DNA of 64,000 nucleotides from Candidatus Eiseniibacteriota bacterium (GTDB lineage Bacteria; Eisenbacteria; RBG-16-71-46; CAZAMP01): assembly GCA_965224245.1 (NCBI GenBank), contig OZ245046.1, forward strand, positions 5,280,001 to 5,344,000, in the 5' to 3' direction. The translations under genes were made by a program, and so were the position numbers. Shown piece after piece: positions 1 to 10,100 of this stretch; position 1 is the stretch's first letter; the number at the start of each line of letters is the position of its first letter. The notes under the pieces are model-generated. The model was not told where the DNA came from, ran no database searches, and saw only the letters and a list, made by a program, of their open reading frames with translations.

Positions 1-1
1 C

Positions 2-1399
2 GGTGAGTCCGAACTCCTGCTCCATGTCCCACGGCGTCAGGACCTGCCGGAACAGGATCGACTCCTTCAATCCCGGTGCGTACTCGGCGAGCGTGTCCAC
101 GACGGCGTCGCCGAAGGCCTCACGACGCGACGGCCAGTTCTCCGCGCCCTCCTTGATGTGGTACGGCGCGTACTGCACGAAGCACGAGATGATGTGCTTG
201 CCCGGCGGCGCCACCGTGTGGTCGACCAGCGAGGGGATGACCACGTTGATGTACGGGCGCTCGGAGAAGTCTCCGTACTTGGCCTGGTCGTACGCGCGCT
301 CGAGATACTCGATGCTCGGCGCGATCGCGATGTCGCCGCGGAGGTGATGCGAGCCCGGCCGGCATGCGAACTCGGGCAGTCGATCCACGGCCAGGTTCAC
401 CTTGCCCGAGCTGCCCCGGAGCTTGTACCGGCCGATCTGGCGCTGGAACTCGTCGTCCAGATGCTCGGGGCCGACCATGCGCAGAAACGTGCGGTGGGGA
501 TCCAGCCCCGACACGACCGCGCGGGCGTGGATCTCGTCCCCGCCCTCCAGCACGACGCCCCTCGCGCGCCCGTCACGGACGATGAACCGCTCCACCGGAG
601 CCTCGGTCCGGATCTCCGCGCCGTAGCTCCGGGCGGACGACGCGATGGCGAGGCTCACCTGCCCGGTTCCGCCGCGACTGAAGCCCCAGGAGCGGAACGC
701 CCCGTCGATCTCGCCCATGTAGTGATGCAGGAGCACGTACGCGGTGCCGGGCGAGCGCACGCCGAGGAACGTCCCGATGATGCCGCTCACTGACATTGGC
801 GACTTCAGAACCGGTGACTCGAACCACAGGTCCAGAAAGTCGACGGCGCTCATCGTGAAGAGCTGGAGGTTGAGCTGTCGGAGATCGGGATCCAGCGCGC
901 GGACGTGACCTCCGAGGCGAAGCAGCTGCGCCACGTCGCGCGGCTTCATCGACGTGGGGTCGGGGGCCGGCGAGTCGATGATGGCCTTGGCGAAGTGCGC
1001 CATCTTGCTCATGGCCATTCCGAACTCGGGATACGTCTCTGCATCACGGGCGCTGAACGCGGCGATCTCACGGCGCGTGGTGTTGGCGTCCGACCAGCGA
1101 CACAGCGAGCGTCCGTCCGGAAGGGGCAGGAACGAGCACTCTAGCGGGATCATCTCCATCCCGTGCCGCGCCAGCTCGAGCTCGCGGATGATGTGAGGTC
1201 GAAAGAGGCTCACGACGTACGAGCACACCGAGAAGTGGAAGCCGGGATACAGCTCCTCGGATACCGCGGCCCCGCCCAGCACGTGTCGACGCTCCAGGAC
1301 CAGCACGCGCTTGCCCGCCTTCGCCAGGTAGGCGGCGCAGGTGAGCCCATTGTGGCCGCCACCGACGACGACGGCATCGTAGCTTCCGGGCGACGGCAT
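2..1399 (-). CDS. NAD(P)/FAD-dependent oxidoreductase, phytoene dehydrogenase-like family (3' end runs off the window)
   Basis: Absent from the ORF track because it has no stop in the window. My translation from ATG 1399 reads MPSPGSYDAVVVGGGHNGLTCAAYLAKAGKRVLVLERR (Rossmann GxGxxG), later SGKVNLAVDRLPEF and VAPPGKHIISCFVQYAPY. The start overlaps the upstream TGA (TGATG). Confidence 0.88.
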   Translation of the reverse strand, partial: MPSPGSYDAVVVGGGHNGLTCAAYLAKAGKRVLVLERRHVLGGAAVSEELYPGFHFSVCSYVVSLFRPHIIRELELARHGMEMIPLECSFLPLPDGRSLCRWSDANTTRREIAAFSARDAETYPEFGMAMSKMAHFAKAIIDSPAPDPTSMKPRDVAQLLRLGGHVRALDPDLRQLNLQLFTMSAVDFLDLWFESPVLKSPMSVSGIIGTFLGVRSPGTAYVLLHHYMGEIDGAFRSWGFSRGGTGQVSLAIASSARSYGAEIRTEAPVERFIVRDGRARGVVLEGGDEIHARAVVSGLDPHRTFLRMVGPEHLDDEFQRQIGRYKLRGSSGKVNLAVDRLPEFACRPGSHHLRGDIAIAPSIEYLERAYDQAKYGDFSERPYINVVIPSLVDHTVAPPGKHIISCFVQYAPYHIKEGAENWPSRREAFGDAVVDTLAEYAPGLKESILFRQVLTPWDMEQEFGLT

Positions 1400-2589
1400 C
1401 AGCTTCGCTTTCGTGGGGGGTCGAAGAACGGCTTGTCGCGAACGGTGGCCGTGACGCGGTGGCGTACGTACTCGACGGTGACCTCGATCCGGAGCTCCTC
1501 GCCGACCCGCCCGTGTGGCGAGCGCACCGTGGCCAGCGCGAGGTTCTTCTTCAGCGTCGGCGACCAGGTGCCGCTGGTTGCCTGTCCGACCTGCCGGCCG
1601 ACGGCGTCGTACACGGGTACCGGCGTCCGCCAGGCGGCCATCGGAATCTCGGGGGGGAGACCCTGCGCGGCGAAGAGCGTCTCGACCTCGTCCCAGTCGA
1701 TCTCGAGCCCGACGAACCGGCGCCTCGGGCCGGCGGTCATCTCGGCCCGGAGCGCGCCCTGGCCGATGAACGGAGCGCGCTTCAGCTGGACGGTCCACCC
1801 GAGCGCGGTCTCGTAGGGTGTCGACTTCCGCGCCTCGATGAGGCAGTGATTGGCGCTGAAGTAGTCGACGCCGTTCATGATGAAGCCGGCCTCGATCCGC
1901 GTCATGTCCAGCGCATCCAGGCCCACCGGCAGCATGCCGTGCGGTGAGCCGGCGTCCATCAGGCGATCCCAGAGGTCGGTGGCGAGGTCCGCGTCGGTCC
2001 AGACCTCGTAGCCGAGGTCTCCGGTGTAGCCGGTCCGGGTCACGATCACGGGGACCTCGCCCACGCGCGCCGGCATCGCGCGAAAGAATCCCAGCGAGGC
2101 CACGTCCCCGTCGGCGACCGCATCGAGGATCTCGCGCGAGCGGGGGCCCTGCAGAGAGAGCGCGGCCACGCGCTCGGTCGAGTCCTCGATGGCCACGTCG
2201 AAGCCCCCTCGATTGCGCTCGAACCAGGCCAGACTCGGCTCGGCCGCGGTCACGCGGAAGTGCGTATCCCCCAGTCGGGTGGCGGTTCCGTCGTCCAGGA
2301 GCTTTCCGCGATCGTCGCACCAGCAGAGATAGCTGACCCGGCCGACGCGCATCTTCGGGATGTTGCGGACGGTGACGTATGCGAGGAAGGCGGCGGCGTC
2401 GGGACCGGTGACGTCGTACTTGTACAGCGGCGTGACGTCGAGGAGTCCGGCGGTATGGCGGATCGCGTAGTACTCGCGATCGGGATAGGTGTCGTAGGCA
2501 CAGACCGCGTAGTAGCCGGCCCAGTCCTTCCAGCGAAGGCTCTGGCACCGCTCGGCCGTGCGGGCATGGAACGGGCTCGGAATGGGCAT
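1399..2589 (-). CDS. Aminomethyltransferase family protein (GcvT-like, folate-binding)
   Basis: EYYAIRHTAGLLDVTPLYKY, DDRGKLLDDG, LSLQGPRSR, TRTGYTGDLGYE, TRIEAG, TSGTWSPTLKKNLALA, PFFDPPRK. Start chosen at MPIPSPFH. Confidence 0.9.
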   Translation of the reverse strand: MPIPSPFHARTAERCQSLRWKDWAGYYAVCAYDTYPDREYYAIRHTAGLLDVTPLYKYDVTGPDAAAFLAYVTVRNIPKMRVGRVSYLCWCDDRGKLLDDGTATRLGDTHFRVTAAEPSLAWFERNRGGFDVAIEDSTERVAALSLQGPRSREILDAVADGDVASLGFFRAMPARVGEVPVIVTRTGYTGDLGYEVWTDADLATDLWDRLMDAGSPHGMLPVGLDALDMTRIEAGFIMNGVDYFSANHCLIEARKSTPYETALGWTVQLKRAPFIGQGALRAEMTAGPRRRFVGLEIDWDEVETLFAAQGLPPEIPMAAWRTPVPVYDAVGRQVGQATSGTWSPTLKKNLALATVRSPHGRVGEELRIEVTVEYVRHRVTATVRDKPFFDPPRKRS

Positions 2590-2767
2590 GTGCGTCACGC
2601 CGTGTGTGTCGTTGACGTTCCCCGAGAGGCTCGATCGTGCCGCTCGTCGCGAAGAACGAGAGAGCATACGAGCCGCGAGCCGCCGTGCCAATAGTCACGC
2701 GCATGGTCGATGCGAACCCGGCCGTCGCGCAGGCCCGAGCCGGGGAGGCCCGGTCCCGGGGACGGCG

Positions 2768-3319
2768 TCACCGGCCGTCCAGCCGCGCCGAGGCGGCGGC
2801 CCGCCAGACGCTCGCCGTCCGGTCGTCGAACAGCACGAAGCGAAAGGCGTCCAGGAGTCCCGAGCCCTCGAGCGCGGCCCGAACGGCGATCGGCGCCGCC
2901 TCGTCGATCGGGTATCCGTAGACGCCGCACGAGATCGCCGGGAAGGCGATCGTGCGCGCACCGTGCTCGTGTGCCAGGCGGATCGCGTTCGCGTGCGCCG
3001 AGGCGAGGAGCGGCGCCGACGCCTCTGGTGACTCGTAGACCGGTCCGACGGTGTGCACGACGAGCCGCGCCGGAAGATCGAAGCCCGGCGTGATGCGCGC
3101 CTCGCCGACCGGGCACCGGACGCCGGGCGTGACCTCCGGCACGGCCTCGCAGGCCGATCGCAGGCGAGGCCCCGCCGCACGGTGGATCGCCCCGTCCACG
3201 CCGCCCCCGCCGAGCATGCGCGGATTGGCGGCGTTCACGATGGCGTCGACCCGCACGGTCGTGATGTCGCCCCGCGCGATGACGAGCTCGGCGCCGGACT
3301 CCAGCTCGAAGGTGCTCAC
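2768..3319 (-). CDS. Macro domain protein (O-acetyl-ADP-ribose deacetylase, YmdB-like)
   Basis: GDIT, DAIVNAAN, GGGGVDGAIHRAAG, VVHTVGP, IAFPAISCGVYGYP. GTG start with GGGAG upstream. Confidence 0.93.
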   Translation of the reverse strand: MSTFELESGAELVIARGDITTVRVDAIVNAANPRMLGGGGVDGAIHRAAGPRLRSACEAVPEVTPGVRCPVGEARITPGFDLPARLVVHTVGPVYESPEASAPLLASAHANAIRLAHEHGARTIAFPAISCGVYGYPIDEAAPIAVRAALEGSGLLDAFRFVLFDDRTASVWRAAASARLDGR

Positions 3320-3456
3320 ACCCGTGCTCCCGTCCCGTCCGGTGGGTCCGGACCCAGCCGGACGAAGATGTCTCCCGTGGCGCCGCCGTGCTACGCTGGC
3401 CGCACCACGACGCATCCCGACCATCCCCCGGGTACCGACACGACGAGGCACACCCG

Positions 3457-4617
3457 ATGATCACGATCACACGCGCGGCGGCCCGGGCGGCGCCCGCGCT
3501 GGTCGCCGTCGCGACAGCCGCGAGCGCGGCCACCGTTCGCGTTCCCGGCGATCAGCCGACCATCCAGGCCGGCATCGACGTCGCCGCCGAGGGCGACACC
3601 GTGCTCGTCGCGCCCGGAACCTACTCGGGCGAGGGGAACTTCGGCGTCAACTTCAGTATGACGACCACGCCGGCGCCGCACAACGTCGTGCTCCTCAGCG
3701 AGGCGGGAGCCGAGGTGACGATCATCGACGTGGAGGGGGGGCCGGCGACACCGTTCCGGCGCGGCATGGTGTTTCGTACCGGCGAGGGGCCGGAGTCCGT
3801 CGTGGACGGGTTCACGTTCATCAACGGCTACATGTCCTCCGGCGGCGACGGTGATCGAGCGCGGCGTCACGAGCTGTCCGGGGGCGCGATGGCGTTCCAG
3901 AACGTCGGAACGTCGCCGACCATCCGGAACTGCGTGTTTCGGGACAACGTCGCCTTCTACTCCGGTGGTGCGCTGGAGGCGGAGTTCGCCGCGGCGCCGC
4001 TGATCGAGAGCTGCGTCATCGTCGGCAACTTCAGCAATGATCGCGGGGGCGGGGCGAGCGCCGAGCGCATGGCCGGCATGACCTTCCGGAACTGCCTGAT
4101 CGCCGGCAACTATGCGGCGGTGGCGGGAGGCGGCCTCGCCCTTTCGGCCAGCACCGTCGTCGAGGGCTGTACGATCGCCGGCAACCGCTCGACGCAAGGG
4201 GGTGGGCTGGACGTCCGGTACCCGGCCACGGCGACGGTGACGAGCTCGGTCATCTGGGGGAACTGCGCCGACGGTACGGGCGACGAGGTGTTCCTGGAGA
4301 TGGGCAACGTCGTGCCCATCCTCCAGCTGAGTTGCTCCATCTTCGATCCGAGCGCCGCCGATCTCCAGGGCGTGTACGAGGCCACCGACACGATCGCGTC
4401 GGACCCGTACTTCTGCGAGCCCGGGGACTGCGCCACGGCGCCGTCCACCTCCGGCGACTACTCGCTCGCCGAGAACTCGCGAGCGCTGTCGGGAAACCCG
4501 TGCGAAGTGATCATCGGCGCCACCGGGGCGGGATGCGGCCCGATGACTCCGGTGGTGTCGACGTCATGGTCCGCCCTGCGCGAGCGCTTCCGGCCCGACG
4601 GGGTGTCAGGACGGTGA
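3457..4617 (+). CDS. Secreted right-handed parallel beta-helix repeat protein
   Basis: Ala-rich signal peptide; VRVPGDQPTIQAGID..GDTVLVAPGTY; repeated GGA/GGG..I.NC.I.GN units; C-terminal tail STSWSALRERFR. Confidence 0.85.
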   Translation: MITITRAAARAAPALVAVATAASAATVRVPGDQPTIQAGIDVAAEGDTVLVAPGTYSGEGNFGVNFSMTTTPAPHNVVLLSEAGAEVTIIDVEGGPATPFRRGMVFRTGEGPESVVDGFTFINGYMSSGGDGDRARRHELSGGAMAFQNVGTSPTIRNCVFRDNVAFYSGGALEAEFAAAPLIESCVIVGNFSNDRGGGASAERMAGMTFRNCLIAGNYAAVAGGGLALSASTVVEGCTIAGNRSTQGGGLDVRYPATATVTSSVIWGNCADGTGDEVFLEMGNVVPILQLSCSIFDPSAADLQGVYEATDTIASDPYFCEPGDCATAPSTSGDYSLAENSRALSGNPCEVIIGATGAGCGPMTPVVSTSWSALRERFRPDGVSGR

Positions 4618-5463
4618 TCGGCCGAGCGTCAGCCGCCGAGCGACGAGGACCCCGACGTAGCAGAACGGCGTGTCCAGGAACGCGAACGCCCACTTGACGG
4701 TGTAGCTGGCCAAGATGACCGCGGCAATCGCATCCCAGGGCATCTTCCAGTAGAAGTGAAGGAAGATGGTGTTCACGATGATCGTATCGACGAGCTGGGA
4801 GATCATCGTGGACGCATTGTTTCGAAACCAGAGCGCACGTCCGTTCGTGAGCCGCCGCCAGAAGTGAAACAGCCGATTGTCCACGAGCTGTGCGGTCAGA
4901 TAGGCCGTCATCGACGCGAAGAGCAGCGTCCCCGGGGCGTCGAACGTGAACTGAAACGCGGCCTGCGCGGCCACGACGTCGGCCGCACCGCTCTCCAGGA
5001 GTCGTTCGGGCGCGAAGACCCCGGCGAAGCCCTCGGGCACGTTCCAGATGGGCGAGCCGGGCAGGGCTCTGGCGATGCGGAGGATCCCCAGCATCAGGAA
5101 CGAGGCTCCGAAACCCAGCCACACCATCAGATCTGCCCGTCGCCGGCCGTACGTCTCCGAGACGACGTCGGTGATCAGAAACGTGATCGGGTACGTGATG
5201 ATGCCGGCGGTCAGGGTCAGGGCCTCGCCTCCGCCCTGGCCGGAGATCAGACGCTGGATGACGGCGTCGGCAGCGCGGAGAAAGATGCCCAGGATCGGCA
5301 GATCCAGAGGCATGGAGAACAGCTTCGTGCCGATAATGTTCGTCAAAAGGAGCATGGACAGAAACAGCCCGCTGAGCACGAAGTAGCCCGTTTCGTAAGG
5401 GCCGGGCGGTACGTGCGCGACGTGGCCCCTCGAGGCGCCGGTGGCGGAGTCCGGACGGGACAA
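4606..5463 (-). CDS. Queuosine precursor transporter (VUT/YhhQ family)
   Basis: LTNIIGTKL, GIITYPITFLITDVVSETYGRRRA, ASMTAYLTAQLVD, WFRNNASTMISQLVDT, DTPFCY. TTG start with GAGGAG upstream. Confidence 0.88.
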   Translation of the reverse strand: MSRPDSATGASRGHVAHVPPGPYETGYFVLSGLFLSMLLLTNIIGTKLFSMPLDLPILGIFLRAADAVIQRLISGQGGGEALTLTAGIITYPITFLITDVVSETYGRRRADLMVWLGFGASFLMLGILRIARALPGSPIWNVPEGFAGVFAPERLLESGAADVVAAQAAFQFTFDAPGTLLFASMTAYLTAQLVDNRLFHFWRRLTNGRALWFRNNASTMISQLVDTIIVNTIFLHFYWKMPWDAIAAVILASYTVKWAFAFLDTPFCYVGVLVARRLTLGRSPS

Positions 5464-5590
5464 GGACGCTCCTCTCGCGAGTGGCCGGAATCGACCGGGA
5501 CGACGTGGGTCCGGCGGCTGAGCACAGCCGCGCGATGCTATATTAAAGGAAACCCCGGGACGCTCAACCTACCTCACGCCGACGACTAGA

Positions 5591-7714
5591 ATGCCTCCAT
5601 CGCAAGACGCCAGCGCCACCACGAAGCGCGCGAGGACCAGCCGCGCGGCGACCGTCCTCGGCATGGACATCCTGTCCGCCGAGAGCACGACGTTCGTGGC
5701 GTCCCGGCACAGGCTCGTCGTCGGGATCACGCTGACGGCGGTCCTCCTGCTCGCGCTCGCACTTCGCCTGGTGAATCTCGACCGCCTGGGGTTCTGGGTC
5801 GACGAGGACCTCACCTGGCTGGCCGTGACCGGCATCCTCGATCACGGATGGCCGACCATGCCCTCGGGCGAGCCCTACCTGCGCGGCCTGCCGTACTCGT
5901 ACGTCGTCTCCGGCTTCGCCGCCGTTCTCGGGGTGAACGAGCTCTCGCTTCGGCTGCCCAGCGTCCTGCTCTCGCTGGGCACGGTGGTCATGGGCTTCGT
6001 GTTCGCACGCCTGGTGGCGGGCGCGCGGGTGGGCCTGTTCGTCGCGTTTCTCCTCGCGGTCTCGGTCTGGGAGATCTACTACGCGCAGATGGCCCGCATG
6101 TACGCCGCGCTCTGTCTGTCCTACATCAGCACCGCGTATCTGTTCGTGCGCGGGTTCATCCGGCACGAGGAGCGTTTCCGCCCGTGGGCGATCGTGCTGG
6201 CGGTCGTGTGCGTGTTCATCCATCGCCTCGGCGCCACGCTGGCGCTGGTGTTTCTGTGCCCGATGCTGCTGCCCAGGCGCCACCGTCCGCCGACGCGGTG
6301 GATGCTCGCCGGCGCGTTCGCGATCGCGGTCACGCTGGTCGGCTTGACGCTCCTGGCCGAGACGCGCGAGCTCATGCCCATCGTGCGCGAGCAGACGAAC
6401 CAGTTCCTGCACGTCCCGCTGCTGCCACCGATCGACCTGAACTCGTCTCGGGTGCTGGCCGTCGACGCGTTGCGCGAGAACCTCGCGCTCGGCTCGGTCC
6501 TGGCCGTGGTGCTGATCGCGGCCCTTCTGGGAACGATCTGGAAGATGCCGAAGCCACTGGTCGGATCCACCGACCCCCTGCAGCGTGTGGTGGCCGCGGC
6601 CGCCGGCGTGACGTTCTGCGTGACGCTCCTGGCGAATCAGTGCGTCCTGGCCTCGGTGTCCGCGCTCATCTACCTGAAGCTGTCCTCGACCGACCAGGAG
6701 AACCTGATCGCCCGGGCCAAGCTCGTGATCGGGTGCGGCGTGATCGTCGTGGCCGCGATCCTCTTCACCCACATGGTCCTGGCCGGTCCGGGCGTGGTGG
6801 CGGATCGACTGTTCGTGCGTCTCTTCGTGTCGCTCCCGGTGCCCTACTATCGCGCGCTGTTCTGGATGTATCCGGCGACCACGCTGGTGGCGGCCGGCGG
6901 CGCGCTCTTCGCGTTCTGGCGCGGGATCAATCGTGCGACCACGCAGGAGCCGCTGATCGTGTCGCTGATGATCCTGGGCCCGCTCCTGCTGATGGGGCTG
7001 GGCGCGGCACCGTTCTACGGTCGTCGCTACACCTACTATCTGAACGGGCTGTTCATCACGTACTTCGTCATGACGGTGGCGTGGGCGTGGCGCATCATCC
7101 GGGCGCGCCGCGCGCGGCTGCATCCCACCGGCTGGGGAGCCGTCGTCGCGTTCGGCGTCCTGTGCACGGTGAGCTTCGTCGAGCTCGTGGATCTCCCAGA
7201 GGCGTGGGCGGTCACGCACCGACACTACGGCTACAACCGCGACATCATCTCGCACCCGGACGTGGGATCGAGCTTCCACTACGACTACGCGGGATGTGCG
7301 GCCTGGATTCGCGAGAACCGCCAGCCGGGAGACGTCGTGATGGCCGACCGGGCGACCGAGAGCTGGATTTACCACGTGCAGCCAGACTACCGCATCACCG
7401 ACCTCGACGGTGTCTACGCGCGGCGGCCCGATGGACAGATCGTCGACTGGTACACCGGCATCCCGCTCCTGCACACGCGCATGCTCCTGGAAGAGGCGCT
7501 GGCCAAGCACGCCGGACAGACCATCTGGATCATCCACACCCAGGAGCAGCCGAACGGTCCCCACGTGCCCACTCCGCCCGGGATTCCCGCGCTCCTGGAC
7601 GAGATGAAGCCGGTACACGTCTTCGACTCACGCGACGGCGCGACCCGCGTACTCCGATTTCAGCCCGACGCCGCGGCGGCCCTCGCCGTGCGCCAGGCGA
7701 AGGCCGACTCCTGA
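5591..7714 (+). CDS. GT-C fold polytopic glycosyltransferase (ArnT/PMT-like, GT39/GT83-like)
   Basis: LRLVNL..GFWVDE acidic motif in the first loop, LRLPSVL, YYAQMARMY, many TM segments, soluble C-terminal domain. Exact start uncertain. Confidence 0.8.
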   Translation: MPPSQDASATTKRARTSRAATVLGMDILSAESTTFVASRHRLVVGITLTAVLLLALALRLVNLDRLGFWVDEDLTWLAVTGILDHGWPTMPSGEPYLRGLPYSYVVSGFAAVLGVNELSLRLPSVLLSLGTVVMGFVFARLVAGARVGLFVAFLLAVSVWEIYYAQMARMYAALCLSYISTAYLFVRGFIRHEERFRPWAIVLAVVCVFIHRLGATLALVFLCPMLLPRRHRPPTRWMLAGAFAIAVTLVGLTLLAETRELMPIVREQTNQFLHVPLLPPIDLNSSRVLAVDALRENLALGSVLAVVLIAALLGTIWKMPKPLVGSTDPLQRVVAAAAGVTFCVTLLANQCVLASVSALIYLKLSSTDQENLIARAKLVIGCGVIVVAAILFTHMVLAGPGVVADRLFVRLFVSLPVPYYRALFWMYPATTLVAAGGALFAFWRGINRATTQEPLIVSLMILGPLLLMGLGAAPFYGRRYTYYLNGLFITYFVMTVAWAWRIIRARRARLHPTGWGAVVAFGVLCTVSFVELVDLPEAWAVTHRHYGYNRDIISHPDVGSSFHYDYAGCAAWIRENRQPGDVVMADRATESWIYHVQPDYRITDLDGVYARRPDGQIVDWYTGIPLLHTRMLLEEALAKHAGQTIWIIHTQEQPNGPHVPTPPGIPALLDEMKPVHVFDSRDGATRVLRFQPDAAAALAVRQAKADS

Positions 7715-8559
7715 TCGGCCTCGAGTCGCCAGTCGCACTCCTTCTCGCAGTTGAACCACACCAGACCGGCCAGCGCGTGGGAGCGAACGACCGACCACGC
7801 CCCGGCGATCCAGTCGGCCCGACGGGCGTCGGGCGGACATGCGGTCTCGGCCACGAAGATAGGGGCGTCCGAGCAGCTCCGCACCGACTCGATCGCGGCC
7901 GCCAGGAGGCGGTCCGGCTCCAGCCACCGGGCGCCCTCCAGGAGTCCGCACCAGTTGTACGCGTCGAGGCCGATCAGATCGACGTGGTCGGCGCCCGGGA
8001 ACGTGCGGGTGATCGCGTTCGACGGCACGTCCGGGTGCGAGGAGGCGTGCGGCGACCACACCCACGTCACGTTCGTCGCCCCGGCGCCGGCGAAGATCTC
8101 GCGCAGGTGATGCCAGGTCGCCACCACCTCGTCGGGCGAGTTGCCGTTGACCGTCGCCCCCCACGGGTACCAGCTCCCGTTCATCTCGTGCATCGGGCGA
8201 AGCCAGATCTCGTGCGGCCTCGCGGCCAGCGCACGCGCCCACTCGACGACGTAGCCGTCGAAGTGCCCGCCGAGTATCCGCGAGAGTCGATACCGGGGCT
8301 GATCCTCCGGTCGCGCTCCATGGGGACGATCTCCCGGTAGGCGCCAGGGCTCCCACGTGATCATCGGGAGGCGCCCGCGGCGGACCACCTCGTCCAGCCA
8401 GGCGTGCTGGACGTCGCGATACCGCGAGCCCCACGCCTGGTAGATCGAGATGACGTCGAAACGCGTGTCGAGCGCGCGCTCGACCGCGTCGAGATCGGCG
8501 ACTCGCGGAGGATAGTGAGGAAGGTAGATGCCGCTGAAGGGGGCGGCCGGCTCCGTCAC
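7660..8559 (-). CDS. Glycoside hydrolase family 26 (beta-mannanase/lichenase-like)
   Basis: ITWEPW, WLRPMHEMNGSWYPW (acid/base HE), WVWSP, DLIGLDAYN, PIFVAET (nucleophile). GTG start overlaps the upstream TGA. Confidence 0.88.
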   Translation of the reverse strand: MTEPAAPFSGIYLPHYPPRVADLDAVERALDTRFDVISIYQAWGSRYRDVQHAWLDEVVRRGRLPMITWEPWRLPGDRPHGARPEDQPRYRLSRILGGHFDGYVVEWARALAARPHEIWLRPMHEMNGSWYPWGATVNGNSPDEVVATWHHLREIFAGAGATNVTWVWSPHASSHPDVPSNAITRTFPGADHVDLIGLDAYNWCGLLEGARWLEPDRLLAAAIESVRSCSDAPIFVAETACPPDARRADWIAGAWSVVRSHALAGLVWFNCEKECDWRLEADQESAFAWRTARAAAASG

Positions 8560-10100
8560 GCGGCGTCCCCTAGGCGCTTTCGGGACAGCGAGGCACGGAT
8601 GATCCCGCTCACGCTCCAGATGGCCCACGCGCCCCAGGCCACGTCCACCCAGAACACCGGCCAGGGCAGCGTCCGGTAGACGGCCGAGTAGATCACCGCG
8701 ATCACGATCACGACACAGAGACCGATGTGCGGGAGCACCCGGACGACGTCCCGGGATCCCGCCTCCCGCTCATTCGGCTTGCGGTTGACCGCGTACGCGG
8801 GCTTCGACCACCGGGCCCGGAGCGCCCGGAATGCCGCAGCCGCGAACACCGGGAAGAGCCCTACCCACTGGCGATAGGCCTTGGCGGTCGGATCGGACGG
8901 CCGGTTCAGGAGCAGGAACGCAGCGGTCTGGAGCACGAAGTAGATGCCGCGCACGAGCACGTAGTGCCAGAGCGGGCAATGCACGAGGAACGTCCCGGTG
9001 AACAGCGACCACGGCGGCACGATCAGAAAGACCGGCATCACGAACGCCGAGACCAGGTACGTGTAGCCGATCTGGAAGTACTGTGCGCGCTGAACGGCGC
9101 GGAGGCCGCGCCGCCGGAGGGGGCTGTCCCAGAAGAACAACCGGAGGCTGTCGAAGGCCCACTGTCCGCGCTGTCGAAACGTCCCGCGCGTGTCGATGGG
9201 CATCGATCCCGTGGTCAACGCGTGGTCGTAGTACAGGGAGCGCCAGCCGCGATCGTGCAGGCGCATCGACGTGTGGAGGTCCTCGACGAGGTTCCAGGTG
9301 CTGAACCCGCCGACGTCCTCGAGCGCGTCTCGCCGGTAGATCACGCCCGACCCGCACGAGAAGGCCGCGTTGTGATGGTCCTTACCCCGCTGCATGACCT
9401 CGTAGAAGATGTTGTCACGGTTGCTGTACGGATCGCCTTCGGGCACCCGGAAGTGCTGGCGGGTCTGCAGAAAGGCCACGCGATCCAGATCGGCGAAGCC
9501 GACGGTCTCGGACAGGATCTCCGGATGGCAAACCTGATCGGCGTCGAGCGTGAGCACGAGCTCTCCGTGCGTGTGTGCCAGACCGTAGTTCAGGTTGCCC
9601 GCCTTCGCGTCGGTGCGGTCGAGGCGTGCCAGGTAGGCGACGCCGTACCGCTCGGCCAGGGCCCGGACGTCGGCCCGGCCGCCGTCGTCCAGCACCACGA
9701 CGCGGAAGTCGGGGTAGTTGATCTCGGTCGCGGCGCGCACGGTCGGCTCGAGCACGTCGAGCGCCTCGCCGGCGGTGGTGATCAGCACGTCGACCGATCG
9801 CGATCGGCGGGGCGTGATCCGGGCGGGATCGTGGAAGCGGCGCTGCCACGTGACGAGTGCGTAGAGATCGAACGACACGAGCGCGAGTATCTCGGCGATC
9901 AGCACCGCGACCGGTACCACCGCCGCGTCGCGGTTGTAGACCCCGATGTACCATACGATGTAGACGAGCGCGGCCACGTTCGTCAGCGCGACCAACGACT
10001 GGGCCCAGAGGCGACGCGAGCGGTCGTCGCGTTCGCGATAGCGACGGTTGGCGCGACGGCCGACGAGATCGGTCACGTAGTTGCGCACGCCGTTCGTCAT
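8556..10100 (-). CDS. Processive GT2 polysaccharide synthase (BcsA/cellulose-synthase-like, no PilZ)
   Basis: SVDVLI, LDDG, KAGNLN, LDAD, QTRQHF, FSCGSG, VED, QRGQW; N- and C-terminal TM helices. Confidence 0.9.
   Translation of the reverse strand: MTNGVRNYVTDLVGRRANRRYRERDDRSRRLWAQSLVALTNVAALVYIVWYIGVYNRDAAVVPVAVLIAEILALVSFDLYALVTWQRRFHDPARITPRRSRSVDVLITTAGEALDVLEPTVRAATEINYPDFRVVVLDDGGRADVRALAERYGVAYLARLDRTDAKAGNLNYGLAHTHGELVLTLDADQVCHPEILSETVGFADLDRVAFLQTRQHFRVPEGDPYSNRDNIFYEVMQRGKDHHNAAFSCGSGVIYRRDALEDVGGFSTWNLVEDLHTSMRLHDRGWRSLYYDHALTTGSMPIDTRGTFRQRGQWAFDSLRLFFWDSPLRRRGLRAVQRAQYFQIGYTYLVSAFVMPVFLIVPPWSLFTGTFLVHCPLWHYVLVRGIYFVLQTAAFLLLNRPSDPTAKAYRQWVGLFPVFAAAAFRALRARWSKPAYAVNRKPNEREAGSRDVVRVLPHIGLCVVIVIAVIYSAVYRTLPWPVFWVDVAWGAWAIWSVSGIIRASLSRKRLGDAA

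Noticed and set aside
5464-5590. preQ1 riboswitch upstream of the queuosine-precursor transporter
   Set aside because: I could not find the class I stem/loop with an A-rich tail on the minus strand; an Infernal search would be needed.
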